Source: Oikopleura dioica (lineage: Eukaryota > Animalia > Chordata). Taken from it: a stretch of DNA of 64,000 nt. The stretch lies in contig OU015567.1 in assembly GCA_907165135.1 (NCBI GenBank), forward strand, positions 5,456,001 through 5,520,000, in the 5' to 3' direction. The notes beneath the pieces are model-generated. The model did not search any database. It saw only the letters and a list, made by a program, of their open reading frames with translations, and was not told the origin of the DNA. The position numbers and the translations under genes were made by a program. This document shows, piece after piece, positions 14,501-26,801 of the stretch. Every line of letters begins with the position of its first letter. The first letter of the stretch is position 1.

Positions 14501-17500
14501 ATTCGAGCTTTGCGCTAATCGGCCAGTCTTTCGAAAAACGAATGCGTCCGTCAGCCCGCAGATTTATCGTAAGCAGCTTGAACATTTTCTTACGTGCGCA
14601 ACTGATAATTGCTTCTTTTTCGACTTTTTTCTAAGTTCGCGATTTTTTCAAATTTTTTGAATCAAAAAATCCAACTTGAGCCTCGTTTAATGGTTTTCTT
14701 CGCTCGAAAACCTGTGTAGAAAACCTGAGTCAGGGTTTAAAACACCCAAAATTTTGGGGAGGTGTCTGTAACCGACAAAAAATTTCGACAAATTTTGCGT
14801 GGAAATTTTCAACCAATCAGAAGCCTATATTCGGCAAACCGGGCAATCAGCAGCCGAGAATCCGCCCACGCAAATTTTTTCGAAATTTTTTGTCGGTTCC
14901 AGACACCTCCCCAAAATTTTCATAAATAAAGACGCAAATTGGTCGCTTCGCGGCTGATCTAAAGAAAAGCCGCTCCGCGGCTTCTTATTTTGGGCCTTTC
15001 AAACCCTGACTCAGGTTTTCGACACAGGTTTTCGAACAAAAATGCTCTTTTTTTATCAAAAAGAGCAGCAAGAAAGGTGGGTACCCAAAAGTACAACTCG
15101 AGTTGCAGCTGACGTAAGTGCGGTTTGGCAATTTTAAGCGGGCGGTTACTTTTTCTGGGCAGCACTTGAACGAGCATACTTTTTCGATTCACCCGGTAAT
15201 CGAAACTATGGGCCCTTACGTATTTGTTGAGAAACAATCGGTGTTTTTCTGACGAAGAACAGTTGTCAGCCCCAAACAGAGCGGTTATACGGTTAGGTAA
15301 AAGGCGCCCACAATCTGGTCAAGCTGATACCGACCAGTGGCGTAACCGATTCACTTCTTGAAGCCTAATTTTGCTGGCACGTTGATGCCTTTTTCGAAAC
15401 TCCAAGTTGAACGTTGTCAAAACACGTTTTCCCCTCATATTTTCAGGAAAAACTGAAAGGGCCGAAAAAATGAAGGGTAAAATATTTTGAATCGACACAA
15501 TCTCGATTTCACTAGACTAAGTACGAACTATAATACCAGGGAACTGTTTTGACTTAAACAAATGGGCTCATAATCCAATAAATCAATTTTCGCTCCATTT
15601 GACGAATTTCTTTGAAATTATCGTTGCAAAATCGAGCAAAAAATCGTCGGAACTAGGCAACACGCAAGAAAAATAACCAATTTCGCGAGCGCGCACGAAA
15701 TCGCACGCGTGAACACTTTCTATCACTTCCTTATCGCAAATCTTAAAAAAGCAAAGTTCGAAAAAACCGTTCTTCCGGGCGCATCTTTTTTCTTGAATTC
15801 GTCAGAGCACGTCCAGAACTGCAAATATAAAAACGCAAAGTGCGTTCTTTGCGGGAAAGCTAAGAGGCTTTCTTTCCGGTCTCGGGGACGGGCATTGGCG
15901 GTTTCATGCGTTGGAAATGGCTTTTTTCATTACAGTAAGAGTTGAAAAAGGAGGACTTAGTTGGGTCAAGCAGTCGAAAAATGGGGTTTTCCCCCTTAAT
16001 TTCTGTTTAAATTTCTTCGCCCCAAAACCGATCAGAATATTTTCGCTATGAGAAGCGTCAAAAACGGTTATGTCAGCCATCTGTCAAGCTAAGCGTTGAC
16101 AAAGTGGAGCTAGCGTCAGCAGCAGACACGATGCTTCACTCACGATGAGCAGCGAGTACCAGTCAACCTCGAGTTTGACGTTTGACGTTTTTACCGTTTA
16201 AAATCTACGTGTTTCTTTTTTTGAAATTTTCTGAAACCAAGAAAAAAGCGTAAAAGAATGCGTCTGCGATCGAGGAGGCGCTTGCTCGTGGACTGGTGAT
16301 GCTGGAACTTGCACTGCCGATCTTGGAGAACTTAATCATTTTTTCGAAACCTTTAATTTAGATAATTCTCTTTTGCACAGGAAGAAATGCAAGGAGCTGC
16401 CGGAGACGAAGAGGGGCAAGTGGGTTTGCGAGGAGGAAAAAGGAGAATGCCAATTGACGTAAGTAACAAATTTTTTAGTAATAAATTATTATTAGGGTCT
16501 TAAGAATCTCTAATGATCTTCATTTATGATCTTCTGTCATAGACTTTTATTCATAATACACAGTCAAATTATTTTAAACTCATTAATAATGAGTAAGTAC
16601 TTCTTCGTAGTAATTCTAAAGCATAGACTCGCAAATGCTTCATTTAAATGTCTTCAGGAAACAAAATTGCAGAACAAATATCCTTTCAAAAAATCATTTC
16701 AAAAAAAATCACAAAAATCTCTTTTTTTCATTTTTTATTCTTTGTCTTATCCCAACGAATCGGTCAAGCATGATTTACAACGGAAAAGGAAACCATTGTT
16801 ACGACCGACTTTTTCTTTCAAAACCTCAAACTAGCCAGCCCCTTTTCACCCTGTCTTCAGATGCTCACCCGGATTGGAGCCATCTCATCCCGTTTCGCTA
16901 AAATGCCACTGTGTCGGCGAAAACTGCGCTTATCGACTCACATCTGGAAGCGAGAGCACTTTTGCTCCTCCAGAAGACTTCGAGCGTGAGCTGGGCTTTT
17001 CCTGCCTCGAGGAATACGAGTACTACGATCAGGAAGAGGAGCCGAAAATGGACACTTGTGCAAATTTGCCTGACGTCAAGGATGGTCATTGGCGGTGTGA
17101 CAGTGGAAGTTGCACTTTGTGGTAAGAGTTGTTTGTTTTTGTTGTTCCAAATTTGGGTAAGGAGGATTTTTGGGGTTAGATGACTCTTATGTCATCTTTA
17201 ATCAAGAAAGAGTTATGTTACGGGAAAGAAACCTGTGTTAAAACCTGAGTCAGGGTCCTGACCGGCTTTTCATGTTTGGTCCCTTAGGATCCTGACTCAG
17301 GGATTTTACACAGGGATGAAAATAGTAGCCCCGTTTCTGAGCCAATAAGCAAAACTTTTCTGTAGGTGCAGTGATTCTCCATCAATAAACGTCGACTGCG
17401 TCAATCCCGATTTGACTCTAGAATCTCTCGAGCCGCTCAGCTGTTCCTCCTTCGCCTCCTTTCAGAAATCCCCTCGTTCTCACGAGCTCCATCGCCTTAA

Positions 17501-18200
17501 ATATCTGGCGAAAAAGAAATAGAGCTACTTTTCTCTTTAGAAAAAACAGCTCATCAGAATCAAAAATTTAACCCTCAGCACATGAGTGGCACAAAAAATG
17601 TACTTTTAAATAAAAGAAAGCCGCGCGCGGCTTTTTCAAGACAAAAAAAAATTTAAGGGGATTAACAAAGATTTTCCTGAAATTAAAAATTCTCAAAAAA
17701 ACTCATTTTTTTTGTAAATAATTTTTCTGTTTTTAAAAATTCTTTATATTTATAAATACTCGATGATAAAACAAAGGCGATCATTTCGTCTTGATATGTT
17801 TTAGATATCTTTCAACACAGGTTACAAAAAACTGCCCGACGCTAGAAACTGAAAAACGAAGAAACTTTGGATACAAAGAAGATTGATTCGAGCGTGCGCT
17901 TTTTTTAAAATAAGACTGTGAAATTTTACATTTCGTCCCCTTTTTTGAACTTTTTCTGTTTAAATAAAACACTGCACATATTCCTATTTAATCGATTTCT
18001 TCGGATTCTAGCGCCAAGACGCGTGGTCAAGTGTTCAGGCTATCACCTGTCAAGATGCTCGCCTGCTGACGGAAGCTGGTCGAGCTTTATTTCGATGGAA
18101 TTCGGGAGAATACTTTTCCTCCAAGTTTAGACAGACTACTGACTCGGGCAAAGTATTGCAAAAATACCGTTACCAACGCCTGCGTTCATCTCATTTTCCT
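11590..18200 (+). CDS. Probable multi-exon Cys-rich extracellular protein with sushi/CCP-like modules; may be more than one gene, boundaries approximate
   Basis: Exon-like segments with recurring C..LP....G.W.C....C.L patterns: CGEISEENGNWGCSDENECQLKC (~11720), CTGMEHGDQCELECPDGF (~13330), CKELPETKRGKWVCEEEKGECQL (~16388), CANLPDVKDGHWRCDSGSCTL (~17057). Confidence 0.5.
14756..14912. mobile_element. Family A MITE (about 157 bp, long TIRs); related copies near 8222-8320 (partial), 46082-46236 and 51345-51487
   Basis: TIR GGGGAGGTGTCTG(T/G)AACCGACAAAAAATTTCG. Flanked by AAAATTTT on both sides (14748-55 and 14913-20). Internal CCAATCAG and GCCCACGC motifs are shared by all copies. Confidence 0.85.
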
Positions 18201-18756
18201 TTTTTAATGAAAATATCGAGTCCTCAGTTCAATTTCGTCCTGACTGGAGCAGCACTAAAATAAGGGGCAACCTAAGGATATTTTAAGATTTTGGATTTTT
18301 TCCTCGTTTTTTCATGGGGTTTGTTTTTAAGGGATAAGCCACTTTATAGAAGTGATTTTATAGATCAGGGTTTTGATTAGCTGGTAGGCAAAATACAGTA
18401 ATCTTATTGGTCATCCAAAAATGCACCTGAAATTTGCTTAGTCCCGTTTTTAAGGGTGTCAACGGCCTATTGCTCGGTGAACCCGTTAAACTGACTAAGG
18501 CTGTTGACACCCTTAAGTCGCACCCCTCAAAAATCCAGGAAAAAATCCAAGAACTCAAAACTTTCGAAAATATTTGTCAAAAGACGTTGAATATGGAACT
18601 TGAAAATTATGTCATAAGTTCGCAAAGAGTCCCCAAATCTTTGAATTGTTTGTGAATTACGTTGGAATTCGATATTTCAATGGTAATTAAACAATCAGAC
18701 AACTACTATTATAAAATCCCAGCGGTGGAAACTCATAAAGCAATTTTCCAAGAACC

Positions 18757-20426
18757 ATGATTTCCGAAAGCGTGAAAAACGCGTTAAAAATAACGACCGG
18801 CCTCTTTGAGATATTTTTTATATGCGGGCTTGTTTACGGCTGGGGCGTTTTCGACTATATTTTGAAAGAGGAAAGTGTTTATAAAGAGCTTTGTCATGAA
18901 GAGGAGCAGCATGGGAATGCGACGAGTTGTGAAGGACAAAATAAGATTTTTTTGCAAATTACTTCGATTGGGACGTTTATTTTATCAGCTGGGTCGCTGA
19001 TGATTGGCTCATTATTAGACAGGTTATTTTGAAGATAAAATAAATATTTTCTTTAAAAAAAATTCATGAAATCAAAGAAGAAAAATTAAGCAAATTTCTT
19101 TTCTTCGGGCCGTAAAACTGATTATTCAGATTTGGAATTCGCGTCGCTAGAATCTACGGTGGTACCCTCCTTACCCTCTCCTTCATCTTCCTCTACTTCC
19201 TCCATTTAAGCTCCCATGCTCTCTGGTTCTTCTGGATCTTCCTGTGCATGGGAACACTTGCTCCCCTCCTCACTCTTCTCCCCCTGGCGAACTACTTCCC
19301 TAGACGAAAAGGAATGATCATTACAATCATCAACGGCGTCTACGACTGCTCCGTTGCCGCGACTGCTTTTTGGGCGAGTTTTTACAAAAATGGAATGAGT
19401 ATTCAGACCATGGCCATGTTCCTCATCGGTGTTATGGTGTTCTTCTGGATAAGGTAAGGCAAATTTTGGTGAGCTAGAATGCTTGCGTCACGGATAAATA
19501 ACTGTTTGTTATGACTTTCTCGTAGAACTTTCGTGATGCTTCCAAAGTCAACAGTGGCAGAAACGAATCAAAACGAGGAGAATTCGTGGGATTGCGAGAA
19601 AGAAAAACTGGAGTCGGTAAAATACGAACATGAGCAAGAAGAACCAGAGCCGACAATTTGGGAAACCTTACAGGAAAGGATGCTACTTTTCCTATTAGGG
19701 AAAATTTCCAGGAAAAAATGTCATCCTACAAAAAGTCGGCGAGTTTTATGCTCTACTACCTTTGCTACGTCATCATCGATTGCCGAATTATCCTCACTTT
19801 TTACCTCCTACCGACCATTCTCGATTCCGTTTATGATGATGAAGAAAAAAAGATGCAAATCAATCAGCTTTTTATGCAGGCGAATTCGCTGTCCTTCATT
19901 ATTTGCCCTCTCGCGGGATTTCTTGCTGGTAAGATAAGGATGAAGAGATTGTATTTGAATGAATTCTAGATACGTTCAACAGAAAAACTGCTTCTCATAC
20001 GATGATGATCTTCATCATCATCATACAGGTAGATTCAAATCTCTTTGTTCCCACCCAACAAAATTTCAGATTTTGGTCTCGATCCTTCCTCTTTTGAAAA
20101 CGACCTGGGCGATGTATCTCTTCTGCATCATCTTCCCCATCGGAAGAACCATGTTCTACGGCGTTTCAAGTATGATCATGCTTGATGAATTTCCCCAGTC
20201 CCAGTTTGGCTTCCTTTATGGCTTCGCGAATCTGAGCGCTGGTGTGGCGATTTTTGCACTGACGAATTTCATCGCGATTTTTAGTCAATCGTTGACTCAA
20301 TTTATGGTAAAAAATGAACTGCTTTTTTAGCTTATCATTTTATTTTAGATCGCTTTGGCAATTTTCTCAGCTGTGTCCTTCGCACACCCGATTTATGAAT
20401 TACTACGTCAGCGAAAAAAGCAGTAA
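18757..20426 (+). CDS. SLC43 family (LAT3/LAT4-like) MFS transporter, paralog 1
   Basis: N-terminus EIFFICGLVYGWGVFDYILKEESVYKELC matches the SLC43 pattern. About 12 hydrophobic helices across the exons; stop TAA at 20424-26. Confidence 0.8.
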
Positions 20427-20976
20427 CTGACTCTTTATTTATTTGTAAATTTTGCTCATAAACTTCAATAAATTACTTCATCAAACAATCAAATTATATT
20501 TTTCCTACGATCTCCTATGACCAAAGTAATTAAATTATCTTCTCGAAAAATAAAGAGAAGGGTAAGTTTCACAAGATCGGTAGAGATATTGAAGAGATGC
20601 AGCATTTATTGAGAAGTTTTTCACTAAAATAAATCATTATATCAGTTTTACTCATCATGAATGTGTTTGAAATAAGTTCTTATTATATAAGCAGAAGGTA
20701 ATTTAGCATAAACACTTATATAAGGGTGGATGCTTTGACAACATGGCAGATGATGAACTCGTTTATGACTTCAGGATTTGCTGGAATTCTTGCAATTATT
20801 ATTGGAGCTAGAGGATTGATCATTTCTAAGAAAGCAAACAGCATTATTTTTAATAAAAATATCATCAAATCGAGAAACATTATCATGGTAAAGAACTATT
20901 AGAGACAGCAAACGAAAGAGATTTAAAGTGTGTTCTTTCCATTTCTATCTCGTTTTTTGTTCTCCTTTATGTCGTC

Positions 20977-22149
20977 GTGATCAATGAATTTATGGCGGAA
21001 AACTGCGACCCGTTACAAATTATCTCAAAAGGACCGACCACAAGATCCTATCGTAATCATGCTCGCACGATAGCAATGTCAGATTTTGATTGCCCGTTTC
21101 TCAATGGAAGCATACAAACAGAACTGTATGATAATCAGGTAAGACGAGGATGGCAACAGTCCATTCTATATTCGATTTTAAGGGAAGATTAGAAACCTGT
21201 AACTATCAAAATAATTACATCGAAGAATGGTGTGTAAGGACAACATGTGAGGATGTTACTGTTGAGTCGGATTTTTTCAATACTGAATTTCGTTACGACA
21301 TTGTTTCTCTCTATGGCGTTTCTGGATTTTTGGGAGACTACAGTGGACAAGATGAAATTTCGACTATGCTTCCAGGAAGTAGTTTTCATGTCCGATTCGT
21401 GTCTGATTATAGTGTGACAGGCGAGGGTTTTTCTATTCATTGGGGATGCGCAGTTGATTGGCGACCACCGAGTACGAATGATACATGTAGTTCGTCAACA
21501 ACAACCACACCAACCACAACAACTACAACAACCATAACAACTACAACAACCACAACAACCACAACAACCACACCAACCACAACAACTACAACAACCATAA
21601 CAACTACAACAACCACAACAACCACAATAGCCACTACAACAGCAATCACTTCAACTCAATTAAGTCCCCCCTTGTTGTATTCAACAATTCAGACTTCAAC
21701 ATCTACTCAAACAATCCAAACCACTACAATTCGAACTTTTACCCCTTGGTGGAACTGGCCCACAACAACTACTACTTTATTGTGGCTTCCGTCAACAACC
21801 ATGTCCACAACTTTCTGGACAAGCTTTTCCGAGCCTACAATGAGCCCGAAATGTTCAAAGCAAAATAATTTCGTTCTCTTGGGGAACTCAACTGGTCTTA
21901 TTCTTCAAATTATCTACCTTGTCAAGATAACAAGTCTGATTCAATTTATCAAAGCCGTAAGAACTAAAACCTTTTTGTTTTTTTTCTGATTTTCAGATAT
22001 CTCTAACCAATCAACCAGAAGAAAATCCTGAGCCTGGACCATCCGCCCCGTCTGAAATCATAGAAGAAAACCCTGAAAATCCAGACCTCCCACCTGCTTA
22101 TCATACTCTTTTCCGGCGATTCCCCTTTCGATTCTCAGTTACAAACTGA
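20977..22149 (+). CDS. CUB domain plus Thr-rich mucin stalk protein with a PPAY tail; 5' end uncertain
   Basis: FNTEFRYDIV...YSG...FHVRFVSDYSVTGEGFSIHWGC is CUB-like. It is followed by a poly-Thr tract, and the last exon ends ...DLPPAYHTLFRRFPFRFSVTN*. Confidence 0.65.
21501..21626 (+). repeat. Coding tandem repeat, 2 x 63 bp (Thr-rich)
   Basis: The 63-nt unit at 21501 recurs at 21564. Confidence 0.9.
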
Positions 22150-22326
22150 AATAAACTACTTCCTAGACAGTGCCAAACGGAAGTTACATAATCACAGAAA
22201 TAAAACCGGGGCAAAACTAAGTCGCTTTTGTACAGAACTGTAAAATCTGCAAAAAGCAAACTTATAAAAATGCTCTTTTTCTCGCATAAAAAGAATCATT
22301 CGATGCTCAAAAGTTTATTCTGCAAA

Positions 22327-23815
22327 ATGAAACAAAAACTGCAACTTTTGACCGGCTATGTTGAAATTTTTCTCATCTGCGGGTTGGTCTATTCCTGGGC
22401 AGTTTTCGATCACATTTTGAGAAAAGAAGGTGTTTATGAAGAGCTCTGTGAAACGACCAGTGGAGGAAATGAAACTTGTCCGGCTCAGGATAAAATCTTC
22501 GTAAGACTGGCATTATCGCATCATTTTTTGTTATCAGCCTCTTTCTAGCTCCAGGTAACATCAGCAGGATCTCTGATGGTGTCTGTTGGAGGACTTATGT
22601 ATGGACTAGTCATTGACAGGTATTAAACGATTAACCATCATCGCTAATAATCAGATTTGAAATTCGCGTAACCCGAATCCTCTGCGCCCTCTGCCTCACC
22701 AGCTCGTTCATCATCTACTACTTCCTGGACCTCTCCTCCCACCTCGTCTGGCCCTTCTGGATCCTCCTCTCTTCATCAACCCTTGCTCCTCTTCTCACAA
22801 CGTTCAAACTGACCAACAACTTCCCGAAGCATCAAATGACCCTGTTGACCATCGGTGATGGAATTTTCGATACCTCCGTCGCTGCTACTGCTCTTTGGAC
22901 CTATTTTTATAATAATGGAATGAGTGTGAATTTCATGGCGATGGTTTTAATAGGATTTATGGCGTTTTTCTGGCTCAATACTTTCCTTCTTTTGCCGAAG
23001 AAGAATCCGAAATTGAAGGAAGAAAATGAGCAAGACGAAATTCATGAAGAAGAAATGTTTCTCGAAGAAAATGAGCCGAAAACTCCTTCCGGGCTTAAAT
23101 ATTTCACTTCAAAACTTTCGATCTTCACAAATTTGAGCACGATTATGTTCATCGTTTCTTACGTTATTATCGATACCCGGCTTGTTTTGACATTTTACGT
23201 CGTTCCGACCATTTTGGAAAACACTTTCGAGGATGAAGAAGAAAAATTAGCAGCTGGCCAGTTTTTCACGAAGGCAAATTCGCTTTCTTTCGTTGTTTGC
23301 TGGATGGGAGGAGCTCTTGCGGACCGATTTCATCGGAGAAAAACGATTAATTTCTTGTTGATTTTCATTATCTTGATTCAGGTTTATCTTCTGTTTCTGA
23401 GCGTAAAAATCATTTCTTTAGGTTGGTGTTTCGATTTTGCCTCTTTTTGCAACGAGCTGGGCGATAAAATTTATGTCGATTATTTTTCCTATTGGAAGGA
23501 CAATGTTTTATGGAATCAGTTCGATGATCTTGATGGACAGATATCGAGAAGATTTCGGATTCATGTTCGGAGTCGTCAACCTAACTGCTGCTTTTGTCAT
23601 TTTCTTTATGACCAACTACATTGCTTCGAATACCGAATTTCTTGACCAAATCATGGTAAGAGAAAAACTCAAGAAAAAAGACCATAAAGCTCGTTTTTTA
23701 GCTTGTTCTTGGAATTTGCTGCGGGCTGACTGTATTTTACCCACTTTACGAGCTCAAACAAATTTGGCGAGAAAGCGACGAAAAGACGAAAAAACTAGAA
23801 TCTGTCAAAAATTAA
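22327..23815 (+). CDS. SLC43 family MFS transporter, paralog 2
   Basis: MKQKLQLLTGYVEIFLICGLVYSWAVFDHILRKEGVYEELC. Colinear with paralog 1 (YVIIDTRLVLTFY, IFPIGRTMFYG); stop at 23813-15. Confidence 0.8.
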
Positions 23816-23957
23816 AAATAAACCAAAAAACTAAGCTCAAATAAGCCGATCACCTGCCGAGGCGATCTTATCAGTCAGAATTCGTTGTTTTACAATGGTC
23901 AGCTAGGAATGGCCCAGCATCTGAGAGAGAATCAGTCTTGTCCTTTTTAAAGCAAAA

Positions 23958-26486
23958 ATGAAGCTCTTCGCCACTTTTTTGGTGGTTTCTAGAGCGATCA
24001 AATGCAGAAATGGAGGAATAGAGCACGTGACCGGAAGTGGTTTTGAGTTTTGCGAATGTGTCGATAGCTACTGGGTCAGTTTTTGAAAGAGAATTTGAAT
24101 TTATTTCGATTTTAGGGGACTAATTGCGAGGAAGAAGACGTTTCCAGAGGTAGTAAAATTAACTGCAAGTAAGTCCCTCTTTTCTTTCTCAATCTTTCAT
24201 CCCCTCTTTCAAGATATGTGCACCTCAACGACGAGTACCTTTCCAACGTCCTGATCCCCACCGACGTCCGAAAAGACTACCGCTGCTGGGTCTTCTACGG
24301 CGAGCCCGACATTTCAAGCGAGCACGAGCGAATCGGCTTCCGCGTCCGCAAGTCCTTCAGCTACGATGGCCCACCAATGTTCGCCGAGTCCGACCCCACC
24401 GAAGATCTTTGCGAAAACGACTTCCTCACTGCTGGAAAATGCATCATCGACGGGGAAGTTGTCTATGACAAGTTCAACCAAACACTGACTCATGAAAACG
24501 ACCACTGGGAGCACTTTTGGTGGCAGTGGGAGCAAAACCACGGCACTGGCGATCCAGCTTTGAATGCCAAGGACCCAAAGAAAAACAAAAACTTCTTCTT
24601 TTTCAACGAGCATTTCAACGCCTTAAAACGAAAAACCGTGGAAGACGCAATTCTTCATGCAAATATGTCGATTTCTGCCTCGAATGTGCCGACCGAGTTC
24701 TTTCAGGCTTCGGACATCGTTACAGTCATTTATAGAGAAACGGCGAAGATGAAGGATGAAGCGAAAGAATATTTGTTTACGAGTTGGAGCGATGTGAATG
24801 AATGCACTGCTGGGACTCATAATTGCGATCCGGTTTATGGCGTTTGCACTAATACAAAGGTACCCCTAAAGGGTTATCATCGTGATACCCTTATTTTCGT
24901 AAAGGGAGCCTTGTTCATCCTTAGGCTCTCTGCATCTGTCCCTTTATTCATTCTTTCGCCACGGGAGTTTCTCTAGACTCTAGGGAAAGCTGCGTGGCCT
25001 AAGGATGAACAAGGGGGCACATGCAGGAATTTCGAAGTTGAATAAGGCCTCCCCTTTTAAATTGGCAAATAGATCGTTCATTTTTTCTTTAGTTTGGCCA
25101 CGATTGCGCCTGTATTCGCGGCTCCACCCCTCGAAATGGCACAGAAATCGGCACAGCATGCCGAGTCACATCTCATCTTTCCATCGAAGTCGCTGCTACC
25201 GATCCTCTTTTCAAGAAAATCGAAGAAGTTGAAGACGAGCTGGACTTTTTCGTCTGGAACTTGACAAGAACTGATCAAGAAATTCGAGATGGAATTGTCG
25301 ATTTTAGAGATAATATGCTCGCTCAAAAGGTAAAATCGGAAAAACAACCGAGAAGGAGGATTTTTTAGATTTTCACAATCAATCAATTGGACACTCTTCA
25401 AGAACAGGAGCTGATCACGGATGAGCTTCAGTTGAAAGAAATTCTGGCGAATACAGCTGTTATTGCAGAACAAGTCGATACTGTCGAAACTTCGATGAGA
25501 TCGGAGCTCCAGAAATACAACCAGAATATGGACAATCTTGCCAAGGTTTTTTTCTAGAGATTTGATGATGGAATTAATGAAAAAATTCAGAATACATCTA
25601 CCATCACCGCTCTGGACAAGCAATTCGCCAGCATCGCGGAACGACTCTTATTCGAAGCGGACACGGTTCTTTCATCAGATATCTCCCGAATGAACAATCT
25701 TCTGGACACGACGCTGGACTATCTCACGCGGCTCCAAGAAAACATGACGATGACAGATAACAATGGCGTCAGCCCCGGTCAATCAGCTGTCGAGTCCGGA
25801 ATCGCCAGTCTCGAAGCTTATTGGAGGGCGGAAGTTCAAGCGTTCAAGGATAGCGTGGAGGATATTGATCAAGCTGTTGAAGCGAATTTCGACTTTGTTC
25901 AGAGTGAATTACAGGCTATTGACAACCAGGTTTGTTTTGCCCAAAGCCAATAGTGATCAAGGGACTTTTTAGCGCGGAAAATACTTTTCTTTGGTTCTCA
26001 CCGAAGAAGTCCGAAAATCGAGCTTCCGCGCTGGAACTGTCTCTTTCCCGCCTGGAAGCTATGATGGTTACGATATCGTCCCAATGACCGACGAGCTTCT
26101 CTTCATGGAAGCCGGCTACTATCTTTTCACTGTCAACGGAGTGATGGCGCCAAACGCCGTCTTCCAGTGGTACGATGTCAAACTACGTAAGAAAAGTTTT
26201 TGCAAAAGCGAAATTAAGAAAATTCTAGAGCAATACGTCGGCAGAGAACTTGGTGTTCTTGACCTGACTCGAGAAGGGACCGATTTGCTGTCGTCTTCGC
26301 AGGTTTTGGCCATCAACAGATGCGACAAACTCAAACTTGAAGTGACCCAAGGAAAGCTTCTGTAAGTCTATACTCCCATACTGTATCTAATCCGTCTCAT
26401 TCAGCCCCGGAACTCAAGTCCAAATCTTCCGAATCAACGCTGCCTTCGAAGGAACTGCCGTTTCTGGCAACTGTTTTACTCAATAA
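23958..26486 (+). CDS. Secreted protein: signal peptide, EGF, unknown domain, Ca-binding EGF, coiled coil, C1q/TNF-like C-terminal domain
   Basis: MKLFATFLVVSRA signal; CRNGG..CECVDSYWGTNC; DVNECTAGTHNCDPVYGVCTNT..CAC; heptad-rich region; terminal beta-rich domain with GYYLFTVNG. C1q assignment is pattern-based. Confidence 0.65.
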
Positions 26487-26801
26487 AATTGAAGTCTCCC
26501 TTATCTCCTCTTATCTCTCGTTTCGAAAAATGATTTGCTAATGACCGGAAATTTTACGAGACGTCTGACCCAGATTGATCAATTAGCAACTCCGATGAGT
26601 AGTAGCTCGTTCCTCCGCTTTTACGACCATCGCGTAATTATAAAAGAGAAATGGAGGCTGAATTTCAAGCCACTAAGCCGGAGAGATTTAGGCACTTGAC
26701 TGAAAGAATAAAGAAAATTGCAGAATAAAGAAAAGAGAAAATCTTGAAAAAAGGAAAAATGGGCTTGTCCCCAATCAACAGATCAGAAACAGATTTTCAT
26801 C

